A stretch of 64,000 bases of DNA. Source: Lama glama. Taxonomy: Eukaryota. The DNA lies in contig CM052832.1 of NCBI GenBank assembly GCA_028534125.1, positions 7,256,001-7,320,000 on the forward strand, given 5' to 3'. Both the position numbers and the translations under genes were made by a program. Numbering within the stretch: position 1 is the first letter of the stretch; each line of letters opens with the position of its first letter. The notes under the pieces are model-generated. The model saw only the letters and a program-made list of their open reading frames with translations, did not search any database and was not told the origin of the DNA. Positions 25,970 to 39,960 of this stretch are shown piece by piece.

Positions 25970-28900
25970 GAACCAGAAATACTGCATCTCCCAAAGTCAA
26001 CAGCACTGCTGGGAAATTACTTCAGACACAACTGGCAGGTAGGATGACTGGGGGGAGGGAGGCAGCACTTGTGGCGGGCGGGGGGGGGGGGGGACCACTC
26101 CCTTATGTAAATTTTAGCAACATTCAACTGCTAACCTTAAAATAATCAAGAGAACAGGAAAATAAAATCCCTCCAGTGCCAAAGCTGAACAACACAAATG
26201 CTGTAAAAATAAAGATTTAAACCAAAGAACACAACCCTTAAATAGTGCTTTCAAAGAAGACCACCCTTTGAGCTGAAGACTATTCCCTTAAGAACAGAGC
26301 ACACTGAGGCCACGCCAGGTGGCCCCGGAATCTGAATTTTATTACAGCGGCTGGCTAGGAAATGAACCAGTTTCTCCCTTTTGGACGATTACAGATCACT
26401 GAGCTTGAAAATGAACCCAGGAAAGCTATTTTTCATTTTGCCAGCATACTTGGCGCATGGCAGAGGGAGCCTCCTTTCCTCCCATGAGATCCCTGCCTTC
26501 CAATACCTGCCCACCTCTCTGTGAAATCAGCAGAGAAACAACAAAAGAAAAGTAAAATTTCTGTAGAGGTCCACAGCAGGCATTTCACAAAAATTGAACC
26601 AAAATCACAAACATTCTTTGAGAGAGAGAGAGAGGGAAAGGCTGCAGGACGAGCAGCGTCCAGGCCCGCGGAGCAGGACCCAGACCCAAGCGGCAGTGTT
26701 ACCGCGAGGCAGGCCCGAGGGCTGCTCCAGGACTGTTTTCTTTAGACTGCCTCAAAGTCTTGCCAAGAAACAGACGGATGCTGCTGAAAGAGTATCTTCC
26801 ACAGCTGGGCATCTGGGTTCTATGACAGACAGCCCCGCTCCTGTGTGTGTGGCCTGTAGAATGTATCGAAAGCTTGGGAGGCGGTGTACTTGGCAGGAGA
26901 AAAATCTAAGGATGTTCTTTTTGGGAGGGGAGAGGGGAATGAAATTCCAACATCACACACATCGGGCTGAAACTCTGCCTTTGCTGCCAGGCTTCAGTTT
27001 GGCTTCTTACTTCTGACTCTGCGTCTGATGTCTGCGGACTGGCTGGGCAGAGACATCCCTCTGCTCACGTTCACTTCCAGCCAGCCTCTTACATCTCATT
27101 TTTGCACCAGCCTACACGAAGGCATTTTTGTTCTGAACAATTCAGGGGCATGTTTAAGCAAAAAAAACAAACTGGAAATCTTGAAATTTCTTAAAAACAG
27201 AAGCAATTGGAAAGGGCCTAGCCGTGCATGAGAACTATGTTGCCAAACAGGTTTCGGCTGAATTTTCTTAAATCAAAAAAAATTTTTTTTTAACTTACCT
27301 TTTTTTATCAGATTTATTTTCTTACAACACTAGCAGTACCGAAGTTTTACTTCGACAGTATGCTGGCTAAAACAGTAAAACAAGAACAGAGTCCTGTTAA
27401 ATAAAGCAAGCCAGCCTCTACTGGACATCCTTCAAAGTGAAAAAAAAAAAACAGAGCTCAATAGAGAAAAGGAAAGCAAGCCTGGAAAATTAACCATTAA
27501 CAGAGAGAGTACCCGGCTTCCAATCTCAGTGCAATAATAGGACACCACCTTCTTGCCTATTCCATTCAATTTAAATAACTTTGAAGACGCCTTGAGCTCT
27601 GCAGAGGGAAAAAAAAAAAAAAACCATGCACAGAATACAGACCCCGCTTTTTAGGAATTTACAAATAGAACAATTCTCTGATTTATATCCATAAACATCA
27701 CCCAATCAGTAGCATTTTGTACAAAAGCCACACATACTCCTCACAGTCAGGAATTCCTCTGGTATGAACCTGCTTTTTGATGTAACAAATCTGGTAAAGC
27801 AATGGGTGGGAATCACTCTCCTCAATTTAGAAGTTGAGGTCCTTTTGCTAAAAAGATCAGGAAGACATGTAGCAATCTCCCACCCCAACCACCAAGACCC
27901 AAGTGTCCCCTCTTTTTCAGATGGCTCCTGGGTTGGTTTCCTATTTTCCTTAGCTTTAACTGGCAAAACTAAGCAGCTATACCATCTTAATTACCACAAT
28001 ACCATTTAAGTTTTTGTTAAATCTCAAATTTGAGAACTTGAATCCACAAAACCTACAAAAGTTTCCCTGGGACAGAATGGGGAAGGGAGGAAGTTAAAAT
28101 GAATCCATTTCATTTCTATGGACACTTTTTACCTTCCCCAAAGCCACAGTACCTGCCAAGAGTCCTGAGCTAACAAATGTCAGAACTACAGAGTTTGGGG
28201 CATGTCTTCAAAGAGGTGTGTTATAAAAAGGAACAGGCCTGGAAGTGAGATTTTTTTAATGCCCGAACTTGTGTTACAGCGGCACAGTGTCTGAGCCCCA
28301 CCAGAAGCTCACAGTGATCAGAAGACGTATTCCAGATACCAAAGGACAAGCTGACCAAAGGACAATCGTGGACTCAGAAAGAGGCCACAATGCTTTTTCT
28401 GAGCATCAGAGTCCACAACGATCTTGTCCCAGAAGTCTGCATAAGTCTCACCCGTATCACCTGACATTTATCATATATTTTCTTCTCTGTCATCTCCTCT
28501 GGTGAGTATTTCTAAACTTCCCAATTCTATAGAAGATCCCTGAAGTCAGAGCACATCTCTGTTCTCCACCGTGTCCCCCAAACTACAAGAAGAGCTGGTT
28601 TTTAATTGACTGATTTAGCCAAAGTCTGGGCTGCTTCTATCAAGACGGGATCTCAACAAGGCTCAAATGCATCTGAGGCAAGAGATGGAAAGAAAGTAAT
28701 GAAAACTGATGATGTCGTTTGGCTGGATCATTTTCTTGGATCACTTTACATAGTCTCTACAATCAAAGACAAATATTTCCTACGTCAAAAAAAAAAAAAG
28801 TAAACAAAGAGCTGCTAAGTTCCTGATCACCCTCATTGGTAACAATGCTTTTGCTGATTAGCACCTATGGCTTGACTCATTATTTAATACATGAAAACAC

Positions 28901-29744
28901 AGCCATCAAAACTACAATTTGTCAGAGTGCTGCAGTTGGATTGACAGGAAAAATAATATCTACTTTTCCAGTGGCAGTGGTGGTGTGCAGTAGCTTAAAT
29001 GTGTTTTTCATTGTCGGAGGGGTCTGATTTCTTTCATACGGATATTGTTAGGAGGCTGAGGACTGGTGATGGAGTTAAGATGACAGCAAGTGAAGCCGTG
29101 GCAGGGGAGTCTGCACAAACGCCTCATGCGCCTCTAGCTGGAGATGAAAGGTGGATGTGGGGTGAGCACTGGGCTTTCCAAGCGCCTGCCCTTGGAGAGA
29201 GATGCTCAAAACTGGAGTGAAAAGAGTAAAAGTGGAAAGCATTCAGTTCTTGGAAATCTTGCTTACGCTTTAGACCGTATGTGCTAGAAGCAGATCTTGA
29301 GGGAATTACCCACAGTGGTTTTGAGGTTTTTGAATAAAGAGGGAAAACAAGGGGAACTGCACGGGCATCCTGGCCGACTTCAAAAGTTGATTTTATCTGT
29401 GCATTTCAGAACTGAATGAAGAAGACGCACTTCAGCCACACTTATTCACGTTTTCTCTACAATGTCTGAATGCTGGTTTAATTTTGCTCCAAATTCTCGC
29501 TCTGGATACAGAATGGTCTTAAATTTAATAATAATTCTAATAAATGCATATCATAAATATTTATACAGATCAAGCCTATAGACCCATAGACTTTTTATGT
29601 TCTTTTCTGACATTAATTTGTACTGTAAGAAATTTATGACATGAAGGTAGGATGTAAATATCACTTAAAAAGAAATTTTAAATGCTAAAATCAAGACCAA
29701 TCTTTCCATTTGCTTTTCTCTACAAATATTCTTTGAAAGCTATC

Positions 29745-30125
29745 CATTCATTTACCCAATAAACAACAACTGAGTATGCACTACGTATAAGGCATGCTGC
29801 TACAAACACTGGGGGATATAACCTCCCACAATGTGTGGTCTGTAACCTCAGGGACCTTACAAGCTGGTAGCTGAGATAATACCTGTACACGAATAACTAA
29901 CACAAAGCAATATGTTTTAAGACTTGTAAAGCGTTGCCGTCAGAGTGCTGCAAGATTTTAGGCTCTCTGACATCTCTCCTGAAGAAAGTTTAATGGACTA
30001 TGTACCATTTGAGCCAGAGAGGTGGGTAAAATCTCAAAAGATGGAGATGGAATAAGCATGTTCAGAGCAAAAGGCACCGCATGAAGGGCGAGGCCCGTTC
30101 AGGGACAGTGAGAATAGTCTGGCAA
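29745..30125 (-). mobile_element. L2 relic (3' part), interrupted by a MER20B-like element
   Basis: cattcatttacccaataaacaacaactgagtatgcactacgtataaggcatgctgcta...ctcagggaccttacaagctggt. Confidence 0.7.
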
Positions 30126-30128
30126 TAG

Positions 30129-30893
30129 CCGTCGTTCTCAACACAGAGTACCAGCCCCTGGGGGAGCTTCCGAAATCTGTGGAGGAGGCTTTCACTGTCA
30201 CATGATGGGAGAGGCACAACTGGACTTCGGTGGGCAGAGGCCAAGGATGCTTGTCGTCCTGCAATGCATGGGACGGTCCCACACAATGTAGTTTTCCCAC
30301 ATCCCTCACACTTTTTGGAAAATCCATCAGACATTCAAGTAGGTGAAAAAATCTGGTTATAATTACCTGAGCCTACAACCTAACTCTACTTAAGTATAAA
30401 CATAAAGTTCTGGGTTTTTTCCTACAGTTTTAACACACTGGGTTTTCTAGCAATAAAACTACCTAGAAGTCAAGGGGAGAGCATACTTTTGGGGTTAGGA
30501 ATTTTACCAAGAGTTGTGCAGCATTTCAGAAAATCTCCAGCAACAGCAACGTCACGCTCGGTGCCTGAGCCACTAACACACACCTGCCTCAGTCTCCATT
30601 CGCAGCTGTCACACACGGGATGGCTCTGCACACGTTCAGACAGCAGGTTAGGTCCTCACGTTCTCTAGCCTGTTCTTCTCCAAGGGTTTAGACACCAATG
30701 TATATAAATACAATTTTGTTTCAAATTAAGTTCCTTGATTTTCCCCTTATTCTGCAAACGTGGCATTGCATTGATCTTTGGGAAATTACTATGTGGACAG
30801 ATATAGAAAACCTACGCCTGCAGGGTAGTGGAGGGAGATAACCAAGTTTTTGTTATAAAAAAGGGTTGGCTCTAATACATTTGAGAACTCCTG
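30129..30893. mobile_element. MER20B-like hAT-Charlie DNA transposon relic, near full length
   Basis: Terminal inverted repeats ccgtcgttctcaa (30129) and ttgagaactcctg (to 30893); MER20-type core gtgggcagaggccaaggatgct...tcctgcaatgcatgggacggtcccacacaa; about 765 bp. Confidence 0.75.
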
Positions 30894-31742
30894 GACTAGA
30901 ATGTGTGTAGGAAAGTGATTGGAGATATAAAGGTAAGATGGGGCCAGGTGTTGAGAAGCCTGTAACTGAATGGGGAAAAATGAGGGCCCCACGAGGGTGA
31001 CATAGCAAAAAGCCCTGCTGTTGACATGATCAAAGCTGAGCCTTAGGAGAGCTGGGCTGCAGCTCTGAGTAGGGAAAGGCTGGTGGCTGCAAGAACAGCT
31101 GGTAACCCGGGCCTGTCGCTGCAGCCCCCAGGTTAAGGTCAAGAAGGGACGGTTTCTACAGGGATGTATTATTTAAACGTCAAGGATCAAAAGGATTTTG
31201 TGGCACTAGTTTCAGGGATGAGGAAGATGGGGAAATTGAAGATGGTCAGGATGAAAGCTAAAGACTTGGGAGTTGTTCATGAAATCAGGGGGGTGGCAAA
31301 GGCATAAAGAGAGGAGCCAAGTTCCGAACTCTGGGTGACGTCCACTTGTAGGAGGAGGTGGGAGTTTAAAAGATAACGCAAGAGAGAAAGGAGCAGTCAG
31401 ACCGGCAGGAGGAAACTGGAGCACCATGCAGCCGAAGCCAAGGTCAGAGGCAGAGGACGTCATGAACAGAGGTCGAGGTTGGGACCAGGAAGAAGGCCGC
31501 GGAGAGAGGCCTGAGCCCTCGCTAGCAACCCAGCAACCGCCAAGACACAGCCTCAGTCCGGCCAGGGGCGGAAGCAGGCCTGCAGGAGGCCCAGGCTGAG
31601 TGGGCGTCAGGAAGTGGAGGCGACAAGTCTCAGTGACTCTTTCAAGAGGTTTGGTGGTTAGAAAGAAGAGAAATAAGATATTAGCTCAAAGGAGGAGGAA
31701 AGAAGAGGGATGTTTTAGGATGGTGAATCTGACCAGACAACA
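30894..31742 (-). mobile_element. L2 relic (continuation), running into the assembly gap
   Basis: ggtaagatggggccagg...gacatgatcaaagctgagccttagg...aggaaactggagcaccatgcagccgaagccaagg...gactctttcaagaggtttgg. Confidence 0.7.
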
Positions 31743-32242
31743 NNNNNNNNNNNNNNNNNNNNNNNNNNNNNNNNNNNNNNNNNNNNNNNNNNNNNNNNNN
31801 NNNNNNNNNNNNNNNNNNNNNNNNNNNNNNNNNNNNNNNNNNNNNNNNNNNNNNNNNNNNNNNNNNNNNNNNNNNNNNNNNNNNNNNNNNNNNNNNNNNN
31901 NNNNNNNNNNNNNNNNNNNNNNNNNNNNNNNNNNNNNNNNNNNNNNNNNNNNNNNNNNNNNNNNNNNNNNNNNNNNNNNNNNNNNNNNNNNNNNNNNNNN
32001 NNNNNNNNNNNNNNNNNNNNNNNNNNNNNNNNNNNNNNNNNNNNNNNNNNNNNNNNNNNNNNNNNNNNNNNNNNNNNNNNNNNNNNNNNNNNNNNNNNNN
32101 NNNNNNNNNNNNNNNNNNNNNNNNNNNNNNNNNNNNNNNNNNNNNNNNNNNNNNNNNNNNNNNNNNNNNNNNNNNNNNNNNNNNNNNNNNNNNNNNNNNN
32201 NNNNNNNNNNNNNNNNNNNNNNNNNNNNNNNNNNNNNNNNNN
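31743..32242. other. Assembly gap (500 N)
   Basis: Run of 500 N; the round number suggests a placeholder size. Confidence 0.99.
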
Positions 32243-35200
32243 AGCAGAGGCTTTGCCCAGACAACACAAATTCACCTGAGACCCACTTAGGTGCCTACAG
32301 CTATCAAAACGACAGCTTGTGCTGTGACTAATGACAAGAGGATATTTCTTAGAGTAAAATGAGCCAAGTGGACAAACAGGCTATGGATACCAGCTCAATC
32401 CTATACAGATTCTAAAGAAGGAAATCCCTCTGCTTCCTGTAAGAAACTACTGGATGATGCTGGGTTTTTCCAGCTCTGTAAAGAGCAAAGGACACAATAA
32501 TCTGTTTCGAGGTAGCTCATGCCAATCAAGGACCACTGTGGACACAGCTTTGGAAGACTGACATGTCTCAAAATGAAATAAAGGATTTGCATTTCATTTT
32601 ACATTATTCTCATGTCATCATCCTAGTCCACTAAAGAGAAAAAAGAATGTTTATATTTAGGGTATTTTCTTGGGTGTAGCAGTCACTTAACAGTTCGTTC
32701 CTTTACTCATTCCAAACATTAGAGTAAACGACCACCTGACAGGTACTGGGCTGGGCACCTGCACACTAGGAGGAAAAGACATGGTCCCTGGTAAACAAGC
32801 TACCAGTGTTCGTTTAGGAGCCCAAGTACCTCCGTGGTTGAGAACATTTTTCTAATTTTGAACATAATCCACAATGAGTCCAGCTCATTGCATAGTTGGT
32901 CTTATCCCACAACTTAATAAATATAAAAACATTCCCATTAATTTATTTATTTCCAGGGTAAAGTCAAGTCCTGGATGCAAATGTTTCACTGTAATGTCTC
33001 AAGGCAGTACGATACAGCTAAAGCAGACAAACACAAACACTGAGCTATCCGCTTCTTCCAGGGAAAACTAAACTGGAAGGGAAAAGGAACAAAAATAAGA
33101 GGAGAAATAATTAATGTTTTAAAAAAACATTTAAATAAGTGTGAGCATCACTGTATAAATTTCTTTTTGTTTACTCCTGGGACACTTATCAGTTTTAACT
33201 CTAATGAAAAGACAAAAGTAAAAAGAACAAAACAAAGCAAAAAACATATACCAAATGAAATAAAGACAAATGTGGGAAAGTTTTTTTTTCTTCCCAGCTA
33301 CAAAAGAAATACCTCCATCCTTTTGGAATAAGGAAACTTAAAATGCCTTAATGTTAGCCTGTTTTGCAGATAACGTTATTTTACTATTTAATCAATTCAC
33401 TCACTTTTTAATATGCCTAAGGATGACAGAAATTCTTCTTTGTGTATAGACTTTTCCTCTTGCTTCTGTATGGAAAGATTTATTTCTGCTGGAGAGCAGT
33501 GGCATGCATTTTATTTCTATTAGAAACTATCAACATGTATTTTGTTTCCTGTGCTCATAAAACCAGAAGGAAAGACAAAGAAGTGAACTAGGAACAAAAC
33601 CATTCGGTAAAGACTCCTTCCCTTTAAAAGTCATTGATTAAAATTTGGTGGAAAGAGAAACTGGCTGTGACAAGCTGCTGTTTCACTTCAGACCCCCAGT
33701 GGCTGCGGCTCTGACAAGCTGCCTGTTTTCAGTGCATCCTTCACACAGGTCCAGGTGGGATGACTGAAGCCTCAGGGTCTGGGCAGCCAGTAAAAGTCCC
33801 GGCTCAAGCAAGTAACTTGTTTCTTTCTTCCCATGAGCACGGAGACACGATGTTACACTGTGGCTCGTAAAAGGTATGCTAATTGGTGATGCTTTCCAGA
33901 CATCAGTGTCAAAATTACCTTGTAGTTGATGTCTACTTGCTTACGTTTCATTCATTTGTGTTCAAATTATTTGCTCTGAAAGGGAAATGTTTACTCCTGC
34001 ACACATTTTGGTTTCAACCTCCAAAACCATTGCTAGAAATTAATTTTAACCACTGAACATCTGCTTTAAAACCCAAACCCAAGTCCACCATTTTAATGGC
34101 ATCAATTACAGATACACTGTTTATAAAATTCTATTCTGAATGGCTGCATATCGTCACCACACAAACCATGAAAGCCAGCGTTCTGGTCCTGATGAGTTAT
34201 TCAAAACTACAGTTCACAAATTAGTGCCCACTCATTCTCTCACACTTGAAGTTAATTTTCAGCCAGTTCAAGAGTTCATTTATTCATATATCTGTCTGTT
34301 ATCACCTAAAGCTCCAGCTGCACTGGTCTGTAGTCTTCTACGTATACACATGGACCAGTGAGAGCACCAAACTCAGGGGAGAACATTGGCAAGGCTGCCA
34401 CACCCCTGAGCTTGATGCTGAATGAGTGACAGAGGATCAGCCCCGCCCCCTTCCTCTCCTGTCCGTCCTTGAAGATCAAACCAGGACATCTCCCAGGATT
34501 AGAAACAGAAAACCAGTTACCTCACTGATATTTGTAAATAACTCTGCAGTGCCTTTCATTGAGTCTAAAACCTTTCATGTTTTTAAACCAATTTCCTTAA
34601 GATAGACTTCAGAAAGGGAACCATTTTCTTCCTTTATTTTTAATCAGTGCTTCTCTGCAGGTTTTGTTTTATTTAACTTAGTTAACATCTACTTTCAGTG
34701 TTTACTTGTATGAGTGTCAAATGAACGGCGGGCCGTGGGGGAGCTTGAACTGACAGCATTCTTCTGCAGGTGGACAAGCCAAATCCGGTCGTGCGTTCTA
34801 ACCACAGTGGCCCTGGGAACATTTTTAAGGCTAGTAACTAATGTCTACTGACAAGTCACTGTTGTTGTTTTTTTTTTTTTTTAACTGCAGCAACACATTA
34901 ACATAGCTAATTCATTTAACAGATTTGATTAGCAAACTATATTCTAGGCACAGAAGAATATGCAAAGTCCCAGTAGGACAGAATCCCTCACAAAACAAAA
35001 AGACAAAAGGAAAAGAAACCGAAGCCCGGTTTTGTCACAGTCTGGCTTCCTCCCACACATTTCCTGCCATCATGGGTGTTGTGTGTCATCCATGCTTGGA
35101 ACCGAGCTGGGGGGAGGACCCAAAGGAGGGCCAAGAACAGCAGTGGCACATAATAGGTGCTCAATGAATACCTGTTGACAGACAGACCTAGGACTCATTT

Positions 35201-35799
35201 CATGAAATGCTTCCCCTTCTGGGACACTGTTTCATTTTGTACTTTTCCTCCATGGTGTTGACACTGACTTTAATGGCCCATAAACTCCCCATCAATAAGG
35301 TGCACTCAACCCTGATTTTCATCATGCTCAGGCTGTGGAAGGACCTTTCCAGCTGGCCTCCTGGCCTCGGTATGTTCCTTGCCTCCTGCTTCCTCCTTGC
35401 CTCTGGTCCCTCCTGCTTCCCCACCAACCTAAAATATCCCCATTGCATCGCAGCTCTGGAGCTCTTCCACAGACGGAGGCAGAATTTGCAGCAATCCCTG
35501 CAGTTCCACATCATGTAGAAATCCAAAGCCTCCACGTTCACCACCCCCTCGGCCCCGTCAACTCGGACGCCTCTGTATGGCCGCCCTGCCCTGCGTCCTC
35601 GGCCCGACTCCACCCATCCAGTTGGACTTTCCCACCGCTCTGCTCTGTTCTGCTGTACACTGGCCTTTCTCTTGACTCTCTTTCTTCACACTCCATGGCC
35701 TCTCCTTTCCCTATTCCTTTAATGAATGTCTTCAGTTCACCCAGTAATTCATCTCACATCTTTCTTCAGAGTTTCTACCACATACTAAAGATGCAAAGA

Positions 35800-35990
35800 T
35801 GTTTATATTTATACTGCAGTTTACAGGTGACAAACTTATTAAACGTGATCCCCTACCATCACCATTAGAGGTAGGTGTCGCTAGTCCCATTTTTCCATTG
35901 AAGACACAAGGCCCCGAGAGACAGAGTGGTTTGTCAAGGACCCTCACTCCTGAGGGTTGGCCGTGGGGCTCCAGGCGTGTAATGAAGTCC
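35800..35990 (-). mobile_element. MIR relic
   Basis: gaggtaggtgtcgctagtcccatttttccattgaagacacaaggccccgagagacagagtggtttgtcaagg. Confidence 0.6.
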
Positions 35991-36099
35991 AAACGGTCTT
36001 CCCATGGTGTGACATGCTCCTTCCGGTCCTCCCCACTTCCCTGATCCCCTTGCAGAGAACACATGGGAGGGCTGTTAACTTTCTACATTCCCTTTTCCA

Positions 36100-36980
36100 C
36101 CTCCTGTCTTCCATTTTCTCCTAAACTTTACCAAACAATCTTTTGAACCTGTCCTTCCACTGACACTTATTTTGCCATGATCACCAGTAGCTTAAAGGTT
36201 GCTGCTCAGCAGACGTTGACACCGTGGGTGATGTGATTCTGGAACAGAGTCCCTTGCTTCCTGGATACCACATCCTTCGGGGCTCCACCTACTCACTGAC
36301 TGCACCTGCTCAGTTTCCCTCACTGGTCCCCACTCCCCATTCCAATTTCAAATGTTGGGAATGACCCCAGGGCTTTGTCCTTGGCCCCCTTCTCTTCTCT
36401 ACCTAAAAGTATTACTTTCAGTCCCGTGGCTCTAAGTACCACTCTAGACTTGTTCTGTAGCCTGAACTCCAGGTCACAGTCTAGGTAGGTATGACCCGAG
36501 CCTTCCAACACCAGCCTCTGCCCCCAGCTACTTCTGTGGCCTCATCACCTACCATCATCCCCCTCACTCACTCTGCCACAGCCATGCTGGCCTCCTTGCC
36601 GCTCCTTTAACAAGCCAAGTAACACAGCCTTGATGCCTTTGCTCTAGGCGTTACATTGCTGGATGTGTAACTTAGCTCAGGTCTCTGTTCAACCGTCACC
36701 CTATCAGCAAGTCCTGCCTGACCTACATAAAAGAGCACCCCCTGCCATCCGTGACCTCCATCCCCTTACCCTGCCTGATTTTCCTTTAAAGCCCTTATCA
36801 TCCTCTGCATATTTGCATATTATATATTTACTTGTTTGCTAATTATCTGCCTCTTCCAATGGAGTGCAAGGTCCATGAGGGAAAGAAATTTGTTTTGTTA
36901 AAGGCTGTCTCCCTAACACCTAGAAGAATGTCTGGCACACAGCAGGACTCAATAAACACTTGTTACAGGGATGGATGTAT
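36100..36980 (+). mobile_element. L2 LINE relic
   Basis: ccttgcttcctggataccaca...aaatgttgggaatgaccccagggctttgtccttggcccccttctcttctc...cctagaagaatgtctggcacacagcaggactcaataaacacttgtt. Confidence 0.85.
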
Positions 36981-39960
36981 GGTAACACCACACAAATGAA
37001 TAAGATTGTACTGTCTCATTGTTTAGTAATTGTAAGTGTTATCACCTGAACCGTATTTGAATCCCTTAAGGGCAGAACCTTGTGCCTTACATTCCAAATG
37101 TGCATGTAGTTGGCATACTCATGGGCACACAGCAGGTGCCCAATAAAGATTCTGGCTGCCCGACTGATTTGAGCACCACAGAGAAAAGCAGGACCAGCAT
37201 TTCAAGGATATCCAACACGTAGTTACTTTCAGGCAATTCTATGCACAAAGAAAATTACAAAGAAAACTAACTGATACAGTCCCTGCCCTGTAGGAATATA
37301 GTTGTATGATACTGCAAATGAAAAATCATGATGTATGTGGGATTTTTTTAAAGTATATACATAACTAAAACTAGTTCGAGCCCTTATGGCCAGAACCCAA
37401 GTTGGTATAAATGCAACTAAAAGATCGGAGAGTAGAGGTTGAGGCTAAAGAGGGGATATGGTGTTTTAACTCAAGAAGTTGAGATAGAAATGAGAACTGA
37501 ATCAGGTTCCATATGAAAGGGGAAGGGGAACTGACCGAGAGAGGGGAAGGAAGAGGTAGTGGTTCAAAGCTACAGGCTCCTGTCAGGTTTTAGAACCAAA
37601 GAAGCACATCCCTGGGGACAAGTCCGTTCTCAAGATGGGACGTGGACTTTGAGGTTTGGCACCAGGGGCACCACTGATCTGAGAACTGGAACCATCAACA
37701 CTACAGCAGCAGCTCTGGAATTTCAGGGTGTCAGGAGGTTCTCCAATGTTTCCAGATCATTCCTGAAACCAGCCTCTGTCTCCTGCCACAGATCACTACC
37801 AATAAGACTTATTCATAAAATGAATGTGTGAAACGTGACAGATACATGGAGAGAACTAGACGATTCTGTTAGCAATCTGCTATTCACGGATTTCTAGTGG
37901 AATTTTTCCTACTAGAGAGGAAAAATAATCAAGAAATTATTTTTGCTGACTTCATTTACATGGAAGAAGGGATTAGAAACTGAAGAAGGTCATACTGTCA
38001 TCATTTTTTGGCACTAAATAAGGGTACAGTGTGTTGAGGTTATCAAAGTCAGTTCCTTAGGAATCCAGTATTTCTTGGTGATTTTTTTCAAGGTTACAGA
38101 AATTAAATATGAACTCTTAGGTAGTTTCATTGAGAATTTATCACACTTATTAACAAATATTCTGCACTGCCTCTAAGTTAGCTCTGACTTGTTTGTAATT
38201 TCCTATCCCAGAACACATCACTGCATCCGTCACAGAATCCGAGCATCTTTACTTGCCCTAGTCCAGGCCCATAAGCCTCCATGTCTTACTAACTGGGAAA
38301 ACGCACTTCTCACAGAGCTTTGGACCACAGTGATTGACTGAGCCTCCTATTTTTCCCTCCTCAGCCAAGTCATCATCGCCCTGGTCTATTTCTTCTGCCT
38401 TGTTCTGCGGGGCAGACTCCCCGACTTACGGTTGCCTTGTCTTTTTCCCTACTTCACGTAGCCCCGCCACATAAGAAGTCAGACACTAGAAAGACTGGTT
38501 TCATTTTTGCAGGCTTTGAATAAAAAGTAATAATAATTCAAGTTACATTTCCAGGCTGACTAAGTAGCTTAATACAGAGCATCTGCCAAGCAGGAAGCTT
38601 CCTTTTTTCCAGATATCCTTATGAACTGAGGATGTTCTAGGTTTCAGGATTTTCTAAGAAGCTTGAACCTACATTCTATCATCTTTCACATTTCTAGAAC
38701 TCCAGAACAGGAAAAGCCACTGTCTGACATTGCATCTTTCTTCCATCGGCCTTCACAGACTCCCCAGCTCCCAAGGAGATGGACTAGGAGAGACAACTGG
38801 TCCACCCACTGACGGGGGGGCACCATCCTTGCAGGCTTTTTCTGTCGGGAAAGACGAACCACTTTTTCCCTTTCATTCCTGATAATGCATAAGCTGCTGC
38901 ATTGAAGACACAATCTCCTTCCTACATATATTTTCCTCCATTAACTGATCTAAACTTTTTTTCACTTGTACTTGATTCCTACTTATTTTGCCAAAAAAAA
39001 GCATATAAAAATTGGTTAATTTTTCTAGTTAGAATAACTTAAACTTATTCTGACTGTAGTAATGTTTTCTGTACTTTTCTTTAAATTCCCAGCAGGAAAC
39101 TTTTCTTGAATTTGGTTTGAGTCATATACTAAACTGTTTTGAAACATTAAATGTTCAATCGAGATGTGTGACCCTAGGCAAGTCCCTTAGCTTCTCAAGG
39201 CTTCTTCCTCACCTGCAAAGTGACGTCTTTGCTGCCTACTCCACAGGGTTATTGTGAAACCAGAAGAGTTAGCATGAACTTTGTAAACTATAAAACTACA
39301 GCATATAATAAGCTAAGGCACTCAGGACCACTCCAGAGGAGGATATGTGGAGCCTCCAAGAGGTCTGAGAAGAAATCCACGAGACCCTCACAGCATGACT
39401 GTGGTGCCCGGCACAGCACATGTTCGTCAGCTAACACACCGGCCATCACATGAGTACCTATATCACAGAATGAAGATGAATGGGAAAGGAGACAAGAAAG
39501 GCAAGGAGGAGAAGGTACAATTTAGATAAGAGATATTCTGAGACGGGCAACTATATCAGGAAATAAATAATCTCATGAGCTATGATACATTTAAAGGAAC
39601 CAGAATAGGAAATTCTATGCCAAATTTTTATAAGCTAATTCTCACGATGGTCATCTTTACCAAACAGGAGATTGAGATTAAGAATCAGGGGACAGCCCAA
39701 TTCCTTCTAGTAAGTAAAAAGTAGAATCAGCTTAAGAGATATAAGCAAAATTGTATACAATAAAATGTGTGAACATATATGCATCCACACAAATAGGCAC
39801 TTTGGGAAAATATTAAAAGTAAATACATCAGAACATTAACTGATTATCTTTGGTGTGGAATTTCAAGTGACTTTTATATTCTTTACACTGTCTGCATTTC
39901 CTGAGATTTTTACAACAAATGTTCTTCTCACGTAGTAATTAAATTCAAAGAAATGTCACT

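Noticed and set aside
31600..32331. ORFs of 186-243 aa
   Set aside because: They read through the 500-N gap.
35335..35868. 177-aa ORF and other 100-150 aa intronic ORFs (15909, 26594, 42980, 52967)
   Set aside because: No recognisable protein similarity, several overlap repeat relics, and such lengths are expected by chance in 64 kb.
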